A stretch of DNA of 55,242 nt, from IMG/VR virus record IMGVR_UViG_3300045988_053272. One strand, written 5' to 3'. Both the position numbers and the translations under genes were made by a program. The number at the start of each line of letters is the position of its first letter. Position 1 is the stretch's first letter. The notes beneath the pieces are model-generated. The model was given only the letters and a program-made list of their open reading frames with translations, made no database searches and had not been told where the DNA came from. Shown one piece after another: positions 15,899 to 24,816 of the stretch. The stretch comes from a virus.

Positions 15899-16756
15899 AT
15901 GGGAAACGCCCTGCGGCACGTCAGAGGGGAAAGCCAGAAGAATATCGTCCGCTTCATAGAAGGGCTGAGTGGGAAGTATTCCCGCTGGGACATCTGGCAG
16001 GACTTCATCATCATGTCGGCCATCGCAATCGCCAACACGATGGGAGGCCCGCAGGCCAAGGCCAGGGAAGAAATGTACCGCAGCCGCGCAGAGAAGTATT
16101 CCGCTAAGGAGCTGGAAGTCTTTGCAGATATGTTGCTTGAGGTCGTAGCCGAATTGGAGCGTGATCCCGAGCAGGACTTCCTCGGTGAGCTTTTTATGGC
16201 ACTCGGCCTCGGAAACGAATGGAAAGGACAGTTCTTCACTCCGTACAGTGTCTGCAGGGCGATGTCCGCGATGACCTATGCGCCTGATATGACGGCGCGG
16301 ATAGAAAAGCAGGGCTGGGTGTCCGTGAACGACCCCGCCTGCGGAGCCGGTGCGCTGCTGCTCGCATTCGCCAATGAGTGCCGGAGACAGCACATCAACT
16401 ATCAGACTTCGGTGTTGTTCGTGGCGCAGGACATAGACTTTCTTGCCGGGTGTATGTGTTACATCCAACTTAGCTTGCTCGGCTGCCCCGGCTATGTTGT
16501 CATTGACGACTCGCTCCTGCGCCCGTCCGTCAGCTATGACGCCCGCGGTCTGCTGCCAAAGGACGGTCCGCAGGTCTGGTACACACCGATGTATTTCCGC
16601 GATGTCTGGCACTACCGCCGCATCGGGGCGCAAATGGATCTCCTGTTTCGGAACGCGGCAGAGCAGGTACCGGCAGAGCCGCCGGCGCCTGCCGCGCCGC
16701 CGGAACAATCTCAACCGCTGGCGGAAACGAAAACCGGCCAGCTCACTCTATTTTGA
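15899..16756 (+). CDS. N6-adenine-methylase-like protein lacking the NPPY/F catalytic motif (285 aa)
   Basis: GQFFTP and DPACGAGALL (HsdM-type motifs X and I) are present. No N/D-P-P-Y/F/W occurs anywhere downstream. Confidence 0.65.
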   Translation: MGNALRHVRGESQKNIVRFIEGLSGKYSRWDIWQDFIIMSAIAIANTMGGPQAKAREEMYRSRAEKYSAKELEVFADMLLEVVAELERDPEQDFLGELFMALGLGNEWKGQFFTPYSVCRAMSAMTYAPDMTARIEKQGWVSVNDPACGAGALLLAFANECRRQHINYQTSVLFVAQDIDFLAGCMCYIQLSLLGCPGYVVIDDSLLRPSVSYDARGLLPKDGPQVWYTPMYFRDVWHYRRIGAQMDLLFRNAAEQVPAEPPAPAAPPEQSQPLAETKTGQLTLF

Positions 16757-16770
16757 TGGGAGGGAACGGA

Positions 16771-17955
16771 ATGCGGCAGCCGCCGCCTCTCGGGAGCCGG
16801 ACATGGAAACCCGAGGAAGAAGATTATTTGATGGAAAAGTGGGGGCAGATTTCTGTTCCGGCCATCGCAAAGAAACTCAATCGTACCACAAACGCCGTCA
16901 AGGTCAGAGCTCAGCGTCTGGGTTTAGGCGCGGTATTGATGGCTGACGAGTATGTCACTCTAAATCAACTCCTGCTGGCGGTGAACGGAGGAAGCAGCTC
17001 CTACGGCTACAAAATGAAAAGCTGGGTCGAAAATCGCGGCTTGCCCGTCCACACAAAAAAGGTCAACCGCTGCAGCTTTCGGGTGGTCTACATTGAAGAG
17101 TTCTGGGAGTGGGCCGAGCGATACCGCAGCTTCATCGACTTTTCCAAAATGGAGCCGTTGGCGCTCGGCGAGGAGCCGGGCTGGGTAGCCGAGCAGCGCA
17201 AGAAAGACCTTGAGGCATACGCCATTCAGAGGAAAGACCCGTGGGGAGAGGACGAGGACTCTCGGCTGAAGATGCTGCTCAGTAAGCACAGGTACTCATG
17301 GGCGGAAATTTCCGAGATGATGCATCGTTCTCACGGTGCGATCGCGCGCCGTTGTCGTGACCTCGGCATCAAGGACCGCCCCGTTTCGATGGAGCTGACC
17401 GGAAAGCGCGGCACATGGACCAGCGAGGATTTTGAAATACTGGCAGACGGCATCCGCCACGGCGACAGCTACGCCGCCATAGGCAAGGCGGTCGGCCGTT
17501 CCGAAAAGTGCGTCCGATCCAAGGTCTACAACGATTATCTGACCGAGAACGCCGACAAGGTGCGGGAAATGCTCGGTGATGGCGCGTGGGGGCACGGTGC
17601 GCCGGAAATGGACGTCCGTCATGGCTTCTATATCTCCCGCACCCGCCATCAGGTCAGGCGCGACCTATCCGCGCTGGCAACGGTCATTCGTAAGCGCATG
17701 AACGATCTCGGCTATGATCCTTACTGGCAGCGGTTTATGTGCATGAATTGGGACGACATTGGCGGATGCTCCGCAGGGTGTACGGATTGCGACAGCTGCA
17801 CAGCATTCCGGCGTATTCAGCCTCAGTATTGCGCACGGTGCGGCGGCACCTTCTACGAGCGCAAGGAAAACCGCTTCTGTGCGGCCTGCCGCACCGCGAG
17901 GAAGAAGCAGGCCCAGCGGCACTGGTGCCGCGTGAACGGCATGAGCCGAAGATAA
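16771..17955 (+). CDS. Myb/SANT-repeat DNA-binding protein with Cys-rich C-terminus (394 aa)
   Basis: Three W-x-EED-type repeats (RTWKPEEEDYLMEKWG, DPWGEDEDSRLKMLLSK, GTWTSEDFEILADGI). C-terminal CSAGCTDCDSC ... CARCGG ... CAAC. Confidence 0.6.
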   Translation: MRQPPPLGSRTWKPEEEDYLMEKWGQISVPAIAKKLNRTTNAVKVRAQRLGLGAVLMADEYVTLNQLLLAVNGGSSSYGYKMKSWVENRGLPVHTKKVNRCSFRVVYIEEFWEWAERYRSFIDFSKMEPLALGEEPGWVAEQRKKDLEAYAIQRKDPWGEDEDSRLKMLLSKHRYSWAEISEMMHRSHGAIARRCRDLGIKDRPVSMELTGKRGTWTSEDFEILADGIRHGDSYAAIGKAVGRSEKCVRSKVYNDYLTENADKVREMLGDGAWGHGAPEMDVRHGFYISRTRHQVRRDLSALATVIRKRMNDLGYDPYWQRFMCMNWDDIGGCSAGCTDCDSCTAFRRIQPQYCARCGGTFYERKENRFCAACRTARKKQAQRHWCRVNGMSRR

Positions 17956-18005
17956 TAAACAGTCCCAGCCGAGGGGCAAAGCTCGGCGTAAGAAAGGAGC
18001 GTTTT

Positions 18006-19376
18006 ATGGCAGAAATCAAGTACATTCCGGTCAGTAAACTGTGGGGGCATCCCGATAACCCCCGTAAGGACCTGGGCGATGTGACCGAGCTGGCCGAGAG
18101 CATCAAGGTCAACGGCGTACTCCAAAACCTCACCGTTGTTCCGCTGATCGGGGAAATCACAAAGAAGTGGGACGGAGAAAGCTACCGCGTCATCATCGGC
18201 CACCGCCGTCTTGCGGCCGCAAAGCTGGCCGGTCTGGAGGAGCTTCCCTGCGTCGTGGTCGAGATGTCGGAGCGGGAGCAGCTGAGTACGATGCTCACGG
18301 AGAATATGCAGCGGTCCGATCTGACGGTCTACGAACAGGCACAGGGCTTCCAGATGATGCTTGACATGGGCGATACCGTCGAGGACATCGCGGAAAAGCC
18401 CGGCTTTTCCGCTACCACCGTCCGGCGCCGCGTAAAGCTCCTGGAGCTGGACAAGGATAAATTCAAGAAGTCCGAGGAGCGCGGCGTCAGCTTGTTCGAT
18501 TATATGGAGCTGGACAAGCTGAAAAGTCCGGAGCGCAAAAATGAAATGCTCGATTTTATTGGCACCGATAATTTCAAGTACAAGCTGAAACAGGCCATCG
18601 ACGCCGAAGCCGCGGACGAGCGTAGGGCTTCGTGGGTGGAGCGGTTAAGCTCCTTTGCGACGCAGGTCACCGACAGAACTGGCTATAAGTTCGCCAGGAG
18701 CTTCTATGTCAACAGCGAGGTCAATGTAGAACGCCCGGAGGACGCAGATACCGTCGAGTATTTCTTCATCGTCGAAACGTACTATATCACGCTGATGACC
18801 AAGGACGCACCGACCACCCTCACTCCAGAAGAGGAAGCAAAAAAGCGTGAGGAGCAGATGAATCAGGAACGAAAGAATGCTGCTGAAAAGGCGTTGTCCG
18901 AAGCAACCGCCCGCGCCTACGAGCTTCGCGCCGACTTCGTGGCTACCGTTTCCGCAGCTGCCATCAAAAAGCGCCTTGTGGACATCGTAGCGCTGTGGGC
19001 CTACGCCGAATACTGGGACGATACCAGTTGGCTCACCGAAGAGGAAATCGCACAGGCTACCGGCGCCGAGACCCTTGCCGAAGATGGCGAGGACGGCGAG
19101 GACGATGCCGCATTTACGCTCCAGGCCGTGACCGACGCGATCGGCAAGACGCCTGAAAAGGCGCTCCTGCGAATGATCTATGCGCGCCTGGGTGACGGAA
19201 AGTCCGAGGGCTATTTCCGCAGCTACTGGAACAGCTACACCATGAAGCATGAGGAAAACGAGAAGTTGGACCGCATCTATGCGTTGCTCGTCAAGCTGGG
19301 CTACGAGATGTCCGACGATGAAAAGGCGCTTCAGGACGGAACACATGAGCTTTTCGGGGAGGCGACCGGCGAATGA
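18006..19376 (+). CDS. ParB N-terminal-domain protein (456 aa)
   Basis: ORF 17739..19376 trimmed to ATG 18006 (AGAAAGGAG RBS). YIPVSKLWGHPDNPRK ... VIIGHRRLAAAKLAG. Confidence 0.8.
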   Translation: MAEIKYIPVSKLWGHPDNPRKDLGDVTELAESIKVNGVLQNLTVVPLIGEITKKWDGESYRVIIGHRRLAAAKLAGLEELPCVVVEMSEREQLSTMLTENMQRSDLTVYEQAQGFQMMLDMGDTVEDIAEKPGFSATTVRRRVKLLELDKDKFKKSEERGVSLFDYMELDKLKSPERKNEMLDFIGTDNFKYKLKQAIDAEAADERRASWVERLSSFATQVTDRTGYKFARSFYVNSEVNVERPEDADTVEYFFIVETYYITLMTKDAPTTLTPEEEAKKREEQMNQERKNAAEKALSEATARAYELRADFVATVSAAAIKKRLVDIVALWAYAEYWDDTSWLTEEEIAQATGAETLAEDGEDGEDDAAFTLQAVTDAIGKTPEKALLRMIYARLGDGKSEGYFRSYWNSYTMKHEENEKLDRIYALLVKLGYEMSDDEKALQDGTHELFGEATGE

Positions 19377-19636
19377 GAGCATCTACCTGCAAAGGCTGCG
19401 GCGCAGCTATCGTCTGGATCAGAACACCCGGCGGGAAGTCCATGCCGTGTGACGCCACCCCGCGCTATTACATCGAAAAGCCCCGATCCGGCAGTAAAAA
19501 GATTGTCACGCCTAATGGCGAGGTCATTTCCTGCGAGTACACGGAAGACCCGCACAAGGCCACCGGCACCGGCTTCGCTCCCCACTGGGGGAGCTGCCGG
19601 GAGGCTGGGAAGTTCAAAGCAAGGAGGAATGCCTGA
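19373..19636 (+). CDS. Small Cys-containing protein (87 aa)
   Basis: CKGCGAAIVW ... ATGA overlap. Confidence 0.5.
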   Translation: MRASTCKGCGAAIVWIRTPGGKSMPCDATPRYYIEKPRSGSKKIVTPNGEVISCEYTEDPHKATGTGFAPHWGSCREAGKFKARRNA

Positions 19637-20148
19637 TGGACAAACTAACGTGGTATGACGAAGACGGACGCATTTACTGTCGCCGCGGGTACGAAGTGGC
19701 TCTGGCCAGACTGGCTTCCTATGAGGCGACTGGGCTCTCTCCTGATGAAGTCACGAAGATGGGAATGATGTTCGAGGACAGCAAGCGGTATTCCGGGAGG
19801 CTGGAAGGACGACTGAAAGCCTACGGTGATCTTGGCACAATCACCCGTCTCCGCGAACTGGCCCAGGCTGACCGGGAGGGGCGGTGCGTGGTGCTGCCGT
19901 GCAAGGTGGGGGAAAGCATTTGGGTGCATGACAGGGACGGTAAAGCGAGAGAAATGGAACTTGACCCGCCAGACATTAGATGCCATTGCAAAAAAGAAGA
20001 TAACCTTTGTATGGCTCTTTGCGATTCCAAGCAGAACGGGGTATGCGCGTTCCGCCTGAAAAATGATGGTACGAGCATTGGCAAAACCGTATTCCTCACC
20101 CGTGAGGAGGCGGAACAGGCGCTGAAGGAGGCGGAGCGGAATGACTGA
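19636..20148 (+). CDS. Hypothetical protein (170 aa)
   Basis: ORF in track. Start overlaps the previous stop. Confidence 0.55.
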   Translation: MDKLTWYDEDGRIYCRRGYEVALARLASYEATGLSPDEVTKMGMMFEDSKRYSGRLEGRLKAYGDLGTITRLRELAQADREGRCVVLPCKVGESIWVHDRDGKAREMELDPPDIRCHCKKEDNLCMALCDSKQNGVCAFRLKNDGTSIGKTVFLTREEAEQALKEAERND

Positions 20149-20428
20149 CAGAGAAGCGATTGAGTGTTTTGAGAGTCATTGTAAAAATTGCTCTATTAAA
20201 GACGAATGCAAAAGGCTGAAAGAAAAAGGAAAATTAGTTTGCAGGAACACAAACGCCATCTCCGCCCTCCAAGAACGCATTGACCGGGAGCGTGGGTGCG
20301 AGTTCTGCTCAGATAATTTTGATTTTTGGGCATCAGAAATAAGCGGATATTTCGATAGAAAAGATATTAAATTTTGCTTGCACTGCGGACGCAAGCTGAA
20401 AACGTCTATGCCGGGGGAGGAAGTATGA
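20141..20428 (+). CDS. Cys-rich hypothetical protein (95 aa)
   Basis: ORF in track. Local drop in GC content. Confidence 0.5.
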   Translation: MTDREAIECFESHCKNCSIKDECKRLKEKGKLVCRNTNAISALQERIDRERGCEFCSDNFDFWASEISGYFDRKDIKFCLHCGRKLKTSMPGEEV

Positions 20429-20715
20429 GTGATTGCGTAAATAAAAAATCATGTATTGACTATGCAAGACTTGGAGAAAACGCAGAATGTTATCTGTGCC
20501 CTGATTACAAAGCACCCATGACCAACGCCGACCGCATCCGGGCCATGTCAGACGAGGAGCTGGCTTATTTTATAAGCGACATAGCAGATACGTGCGAGCG
20601 GAATACAGAGTGCAACCAGCATTGTTATGGATGCGTTGAATCGTACTGCGAATACGCAAGATGTTTGGACTGGCTCCAGCAGCCAGCGGAGGAGGTCAAC
20701 GAAGAAAATGATTGA
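20425..20715 (+). CDS. Cys-rich hypothetical protein (96 aa)
   Basis: ORF 20374..20715 trimmed to ATG 20425. Confidence 0.5.
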   Translation: MSDCVNKKSCIDYARLGENAECYLCPDYKAPMTNADRIRAMSDEELAYFISDIADTCERNTECNQHCYGCVESYCEYARCLDWLQQPAEEVNEEND

Positions 20716-21112
20716 TTTTGGAGATTGCATATGCTATTGCCATTGGGACAATAGCTTGATCTGCAAGAAGCAGTTTCAGTGTGACGGGTGTAAACACCAG
20801 CCCGCCGCCGATGATAAGAAAAACGGCAAGGCCGAGCCGATACACATTCGCTGGGCTGAGGATTATTGGAGCGGCAGATATCCCGAATGCCCCTCCTGCG
20901 GGAATATGCCGTACAGCTTGGAGCGGTGTGTCTTCTGCGGTCAAAGGTTTCTGCCCGACGCGCTTACGGAGGAATGGGGCAAGCCGCCAGAGGAAGTTCA
21001 CATGGACTGCCACTCCTGTGGAGGAAAGAGCACGATGGTCGGGGCAAGGGCGCGCAGTAACGGACACTTTCACGGGCAATGCACAGCCTGTGGGTGCATG
21101 GTGATGGAATGA
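20708..21112 (+). CDS. Cys-rich zinc-ribbon protein (134 aa)
   Basis: ORF 20627..21112 trimmed to ATG 20708. CPSCG, CVFCG, CHSCGG and CTACGC motifs. Confidence 0.55.
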   Translation: MIDFGDCICYCHWDNSLICKKQFQCDGCKHQPAADDKKNGKAEPIHIRWAEDYWSGRYPECPSCGNMPYSLERCVFCGQRFLPDALTEEWGKPPEEVHMDCHSCGGKSTMVGARARSNGHFHGQCTACGCMVME

Positions 21113-21124
21113 AAAGGAGCTTCT

Positions 21125-21826
21125 ATGGAACGATTTGAAGAACTGCTCGATTACATAAACGAGCTGAACAGCAGCGGCCGCATTCCGTATGAGGACTATA
21201 GCCGCCTTTACGATTTGGCTTCCGAGCTGGGCGAAGCGGAGAATGCCCTTGGCGCAGCCAAAGTCGATATTGCCGCCTTGCTGTGGCTGAATGGCAACTG
21301 CGAATACTGCGAACACGGGGAGAAAGAGGAATTCAGCGGCGCGAACAGGTGGCATTGTCAGCTTGGAAACGGCGTAGATTGCCGCCCCGTATGGCGCGGC
21401 GTCGTAACAAAAGACTCCCTGCTCGAGATACATAAGGCAAACCCGACTTTGCTTCGTGCAAAGCCCAGCCGCGCGGAGACTATGTTCGGGCCGAAAGAGA
21501 CCTGGGATATCCCTGATAGAGCAGAAGCCGAGGAGACCACGCTGAATACATACAAGGGATTTCTGCTTATTCGGTGCGCACAGTGCGGAGATTTGCGAGG
21601 CTTTTGTGTCAAAAAGCCTATCTCGTCTTATCGGTGTGCGGCCTGCGGTGGAGAAACGCCGCTGCACGATCTCACGTCGGCGCACATCCGCTGTAAGTGC
21701 GGGAAGAGCTTCAAGTATCGAACGAACATTGAAGAGGACAGTATCACCTACAACTGCCTTTCCTGCGGCGCGCCGGTCGATCTGGTCTATAACAAGAAAG
21801 CCCGCGCCTATCAGACGGTGCGATGA
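21125..21826 (+). CDS. Cys-rich multi-zinc-ribbon protein (233 aa)
   Basis: CAQCG, CAACGG, CKCG and CLSCG motifs. Confidence 0.55.
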   Translation: MERFEELLDYINELNSSGRIPYEDYSRLYDLASELGEAENALGAAKVDIAALLWLNGNCEYCEHGEKEEFSGANRWHCQLGNGVDCRPVWRGVVTKDSLLEIHKANPTLLRAKPSRAETMFGPKETWDIPDRAEAEETTLNTYKGFLLIRCAQCGDLRGFCVKKPISSYRCAACGGETPLHDLTSAHIRCKCGKSFKYRTNIEEDSITYNCLSCGAPVDLVYNKKARAYQTVR

Positions 21827-22008
21827 TGCTCGTCATCACCGTTCATGTGAACGCTCCGGCGGGGCAGGCCATTGGCATAAAGGAGCAGATTGCTCAGGAT
21901 TTGGAGCGATACGGCGATACCCGCGTGGTATCGGTGGAAGTAATACAGCCGACATACCGGCAGATGCAGATCGGAGAGGTCAGCGACCGGCAGCGCGGCA
22001 AAAAGTAA
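21823..22008 (+). CDS. Hypothetical protein (61 aa)
   Basis: ORF in track. ATGA overlap. Confidence 0.45.
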   Translation: MMLVITVHVNAPAGQAIGIKEQIAQDLERYGDTRVVSVEVIQPTYRQMQIGEVSDRQRGKK

Positions 22009-22046
22009 GAACAGGTAAGGGGTGAGCCATTACGACGCTTTCAGAG

Positions 22047-22424
22047 TTGAATCAGCACTTCGAGCTGATAGAGAAATTGGCAAGGGCAAGGGAGATGCTA
22101 CAGTCCTTGCGTGACGCGGCTTGCCCCGGCGCGGCTGTTCTCACAGGTATGCCGCATACTCCCGGCATAAAGGATAAGGTCGGCGACCTCGCAGCCGAAA
22201 TCGTGGACATGGATGCGCGTGTCGGCTTTCTGGAGGAAGAGGTCAAGGCCAGCGAGGGGCAGATCATGCCGTTCATTCAAGGCATCGACGATGACCAGAC
22301 GCGCCTGATCTTCCGGCTGCGCTTCCTGAGAGGGCTCGCATGGAAAGAGGTCGCAGCGGTCATAGGAGGCCGCAATTCGGAGGATTCGGTAAAGATGGTG
22401 TGTTACCGCTACCTCGGTAGTTAA
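22047..22424 (+). CDS. Sigma-70 region-4-like late-gene activator (DUF1492/RinA-type position), 125 aa
   Basis: LTGMPHTPG...DDDQTRLIFRLRFLRGLAWKEVAAVIGGRNSEDSVKMVCYRYL. Last regulator before the packaging genes. TTG start. Confidence 0.6.
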   Translation: MNQHFELIEKLARAREMLQSLRDAACPGAAVLTGMPHTPGIKDKVGDLAAEIVDMDARVGFLEEEVKASEGQIMPFIQGIDDDQTRLIFRLRFLRGLAWKEVAAVIGGRNSEDSVKMVCYRYLGS

Positions 22425-22654
22425 AAGCTGTTCTTCGCTGTTGCAACTCGTTTCTTGATATTCCCCGCACCATGTATTAGGATTAGACTCGTAAAATCCT
22501 ACATAAGCCAGGCGGCCATCCCTCGCGGGGTGGCCGTCATTCGTTTGGGAAGGAGGTTGAGGCCTGCGCGTTACTCCTTGCGCGCCGGTCATGCGCCGGG
22601 TCCGATGTTCGCCAGCAGAGGGCAGCGGTGACATCATAAAAGGAGATTTCCAAA
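22425..22654 (+). promoter_or_regulatory. 230-nt leader of the cargo operon with promoter-like hexamers and hairpins
   Basis: TTGATA (22455-22460), 17 nt, TAGGAT (22478-22483). Hairpin GGCGGCCA/TGGCCGTC (22511-22538). AAGGAG (22550-22555), CTCCTT (22574-22579) and the true SD AAGGAG (22640-22645). Confidence 0.5.
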
Positions 22655-24037
22655 ATGTTCGGAATTGTCATTCTGGCCGTCTATGCGGTGCTGATGATCG
22701 GCGTCACGCTGATGTTCACCCGAAAGACGACCGACGCAGAGGGCTTCCATGTGGCGGACCGGCGCATCGGCTCGGCGATTGCCGCCATGAGCATCGCCGC
22801 CACTTGGATTTGGGCTCCCTCACTGTTCACTTCCTCGGAGATGGCCTATACGCGCGGCATCCCGGGGATGTTCTGGTTTACGGTACCGAATGTGCTGTGC
22901 CTGATCCTGTTTATCCCCTTTGCAAAAAGGATCCGGGCGCAGTACCCGGAGGGCATCACCTTGACCGGCTACATGGCGGAGCGCTATCACTCCGGCAAGG
23001 TCAAGGGCGTCTACTCCTTCCAGCTCGGCGCGCTGGCCGTTCTTTCAACGGCGGTGCAGCTGCTCGCCGGGGGAAAGACGCTGGCTCTCATTACGGGGCT
23101 GCCATTCTGGAGCATGACGCTCGCCCTGGCAGCTATCGCATATTCCTACTCCCGCTTCTCCGGGCTGAAAGCCTCCATCATCACCGATGTCGTCCAGCTG
23201 GGCATTATTCTCATGGGTGGCGCTCTGCTGGTCGTTCTGAGCCTTCGCATGACCGGCGGCTTTGACACGGTACGGGCAGGGCTTGGTGCTGTCTCCGGAG
23301 AATATACTTCGCTCACCTCCTCCACGGGCATTGAGGTCCTGCTGGGCTACGGTCTGCCGATGGCTGTCGGTCTGATCTCCGGCCCGTTCGGGGATCAGTG
23401 CTTCTGGCAGCGAGCTTTCGCAATCAGGCGCGACCGCATCGGCAGATCGTTTTTTGCCGGTGCGCTTTTGTTTGCGCTCGTTCCGATCTGCATGGGAACG
23501 GTGGGCTTCCTCGCCGCTGGATCCGGCTTTGTGGCCAGCGACACCGGCATGGTCAACTTTGAATTCGTTTCCTCGCTGCTTCCGACATGGGTGCTGGTCC
23601 CGTTCCTGTTTATGATTATCTCCGGCCTGCTCTCCACAGTGGATAGCAACCTTTGCGCGGCAGCGTCGCTCACGACAGACTGGCTCGGCATTGGGAAGGA
23701 CACGGTGCAGACTTCGCGCCGCACCATGCTTTGCCTGCTGATCGTGGCTATCGCCATCGCCAACATTCCCGGCCTGACGGTGACATACCTGTTCCTGTTC
23801 TACGGAACGCTCCGCGCTTCGACGCTGCTGCCGACGGTCATGACGTTGCTCGGTAAGAAGCTAACGGGCAAAGGCGTTTTTGCCGGTGTGCTGACCGCGC
23901 TGTGTGTCGGGCTTCCGATCTTCGCCTACGGCAATCTCGCCGGCATTCCGGCTGTGAAAGCGGCAGGCAGTCTGACGACCGTCCTGTCCAGCGGCCTTGT
24001 CGCCGTTATCGCCTCGAGAAAGGCGGTGAAGGCATGA
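22655..24037 (+). CDS. Sodium:solute symporter family (SSF) permease, 460 aa
   Basis: About 12-13 hydrophobic segments. N-terminal SSF-type pattern EGFHVADRRIGSAIAAMSIAATWIWAPSLF...AYTRGIPG. Confidence 0.75.
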   Translation: MFGIVILAVYAVLMIGVTLMFTRKTTDAEGFHVADRRIGSAIAAMSIAATWIWAPSLFTSSEMAYTRGIPGMFWFTVPNVLCLILFIPFAKRIRAQYPEGITLTGYMAERYHSGKVKGVYSFQLGALAVLSTAVQLLAGGKTLALITGLPFWSMTLALAAIAYSYSRFSGLKASIITDVVQLGIILMGGALLVVLSLRMTGGFDTVRAGLGAVSGEYTSLTSSTGIEVLLGYGLPMAVGLISGPFGDQCFWQRAFAIRRDRIGRSFFAGALLFALVPICMGTVGFLAAGSGFVASDTGMVNFEFVSSLLPTWVLVPFLFMIISGLLSTVDSNLCAAASLTTDWLGIGKDTVQTSRRTMLCLLIVAIAIANIPGLTVTYLFLFYGTLRASTLLPTVMTLLGKKLTGKGVFAGVLTALCVGLPIFAYGNLAGIPAVKAAGSLTTVLSSGLVAVIASRKAVKA

Positions 24038-24816
24038 GCCTCGGGAGGAAGCAGAGTATCGACAACAGTGCATGGCTGGAAGCCGTTGCAACTATCGAAG
24101 AAGCCGTTTCCCGCGCAGAGCTGGACGAACTTACTGCCGCGACCGTGGCGGACATCAAGGCCGTGACGGCTGGGAAGTGCGCTGCCTACGCATGGAGCGC
24201 TGGTAAGGACAGTATTGTCCTTGGCAAACTTTGTGAAGCGGCCGGCGTCACCGATAGTATGATCGGCGTGTGCGACCTGGAATACCCCGCCTTTGCCGCG
24301 TGGATCGAGGAGCATAAGCCGGCAGGCTGCGAAGTCATCAACACGCATCAGGACATCGACTGGCTGGTGAAGCATCAAGAGATGCTTTTCCCCAAGGACT
24401 CCGCCGCGGCCGGACGATGGTTTTCTATCGTGCAGCACCGAGCGCAGCGTGAATACTTCAGGGCGCACGAGCTGGACGTCATCATTCTCGGCCGCCGCCG
24501 TGCGGACGGCAATTATGTCGGTCGCAACAGCAATATCTATACCGATGGCAAAGGTGTGACGCGATTCAGCCCGCTCGCTGCGTGGAAGCATGAGCACATC
24601 CTTGCCTATATTCACTACCATCAGCTCCCGCTTCCGCCGATCTACGGCTGGAAGAACGGATATCTGTGCGGCACTCACCCGTGGCCCGCCCGCCAATGGA
24701 CGGGCAGCATCGAGAACGGCTGGCGCGAGGTCTACGATATCGACCCCGGCATCGTCCTTGCGGCAGCTGAAAAGATCGACAGCGCTCGCGCCTTCTTGAA
24801 GGGGGTGCAGGCATGA
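24034..24816 (+). CDS. PAPS-reductase-family PP-loop ATPase, copy 1 (260 aa)
   Basis: ORF 23902..24816 trimmed to ATG 24034 (ATGA overlap with the permease stop). PP-loop AWSAGKDSIVL. CysH-like tail FSPLAAWKHEHILAYIHYHQLPLPPIYG. Confidence 0.8.
   Translation: MSLGRKQSIDNSAWLEAVATIEEAVSRAELDELTAATVADIKAVTAGKCAAYAWSAGKDSIVLGKLCEAAGVTDSMIGVCDLEYPAFAAWIEEHKPAGCEVINTHQDIDWLVKHQEMLFPKDSAAAGRWFSIVQHRAQREYFRAHELDVIILGRRRADGNYVGRNSNIYTDGKGVTRFSPLAAWKHEHILAYIHYHQLPLPPIYGWKNGYLCGTHPWPARQWTGSIENGWREVYDIDPGIVLAAAEKIDSARAFLKGVQA

Noticed and set aside
17968-17990. Hairpin GCCGAG-gggcaaa-CTCGGC between the Myb-repeat gene and parB as a terminator.
   Set aside because: Only a 6-bp stem with no U-tract. It is more likely incidental or a minor mRNA structure.
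22541-22630. Assigning the permease leader to a specific riboswitch class (for example a guanidine-type resemblance of GGTCCGATG, or a preQ1 class), or reading a 24-codon leader peptide starting at TTG 22557.
   Set aside because: Only short, non-diagnostic matches to remembered consensus sequences. The TTG directly abuts the SD-like AGGAGG with no spacer. Neither reading can be supported without covariance-model searches.
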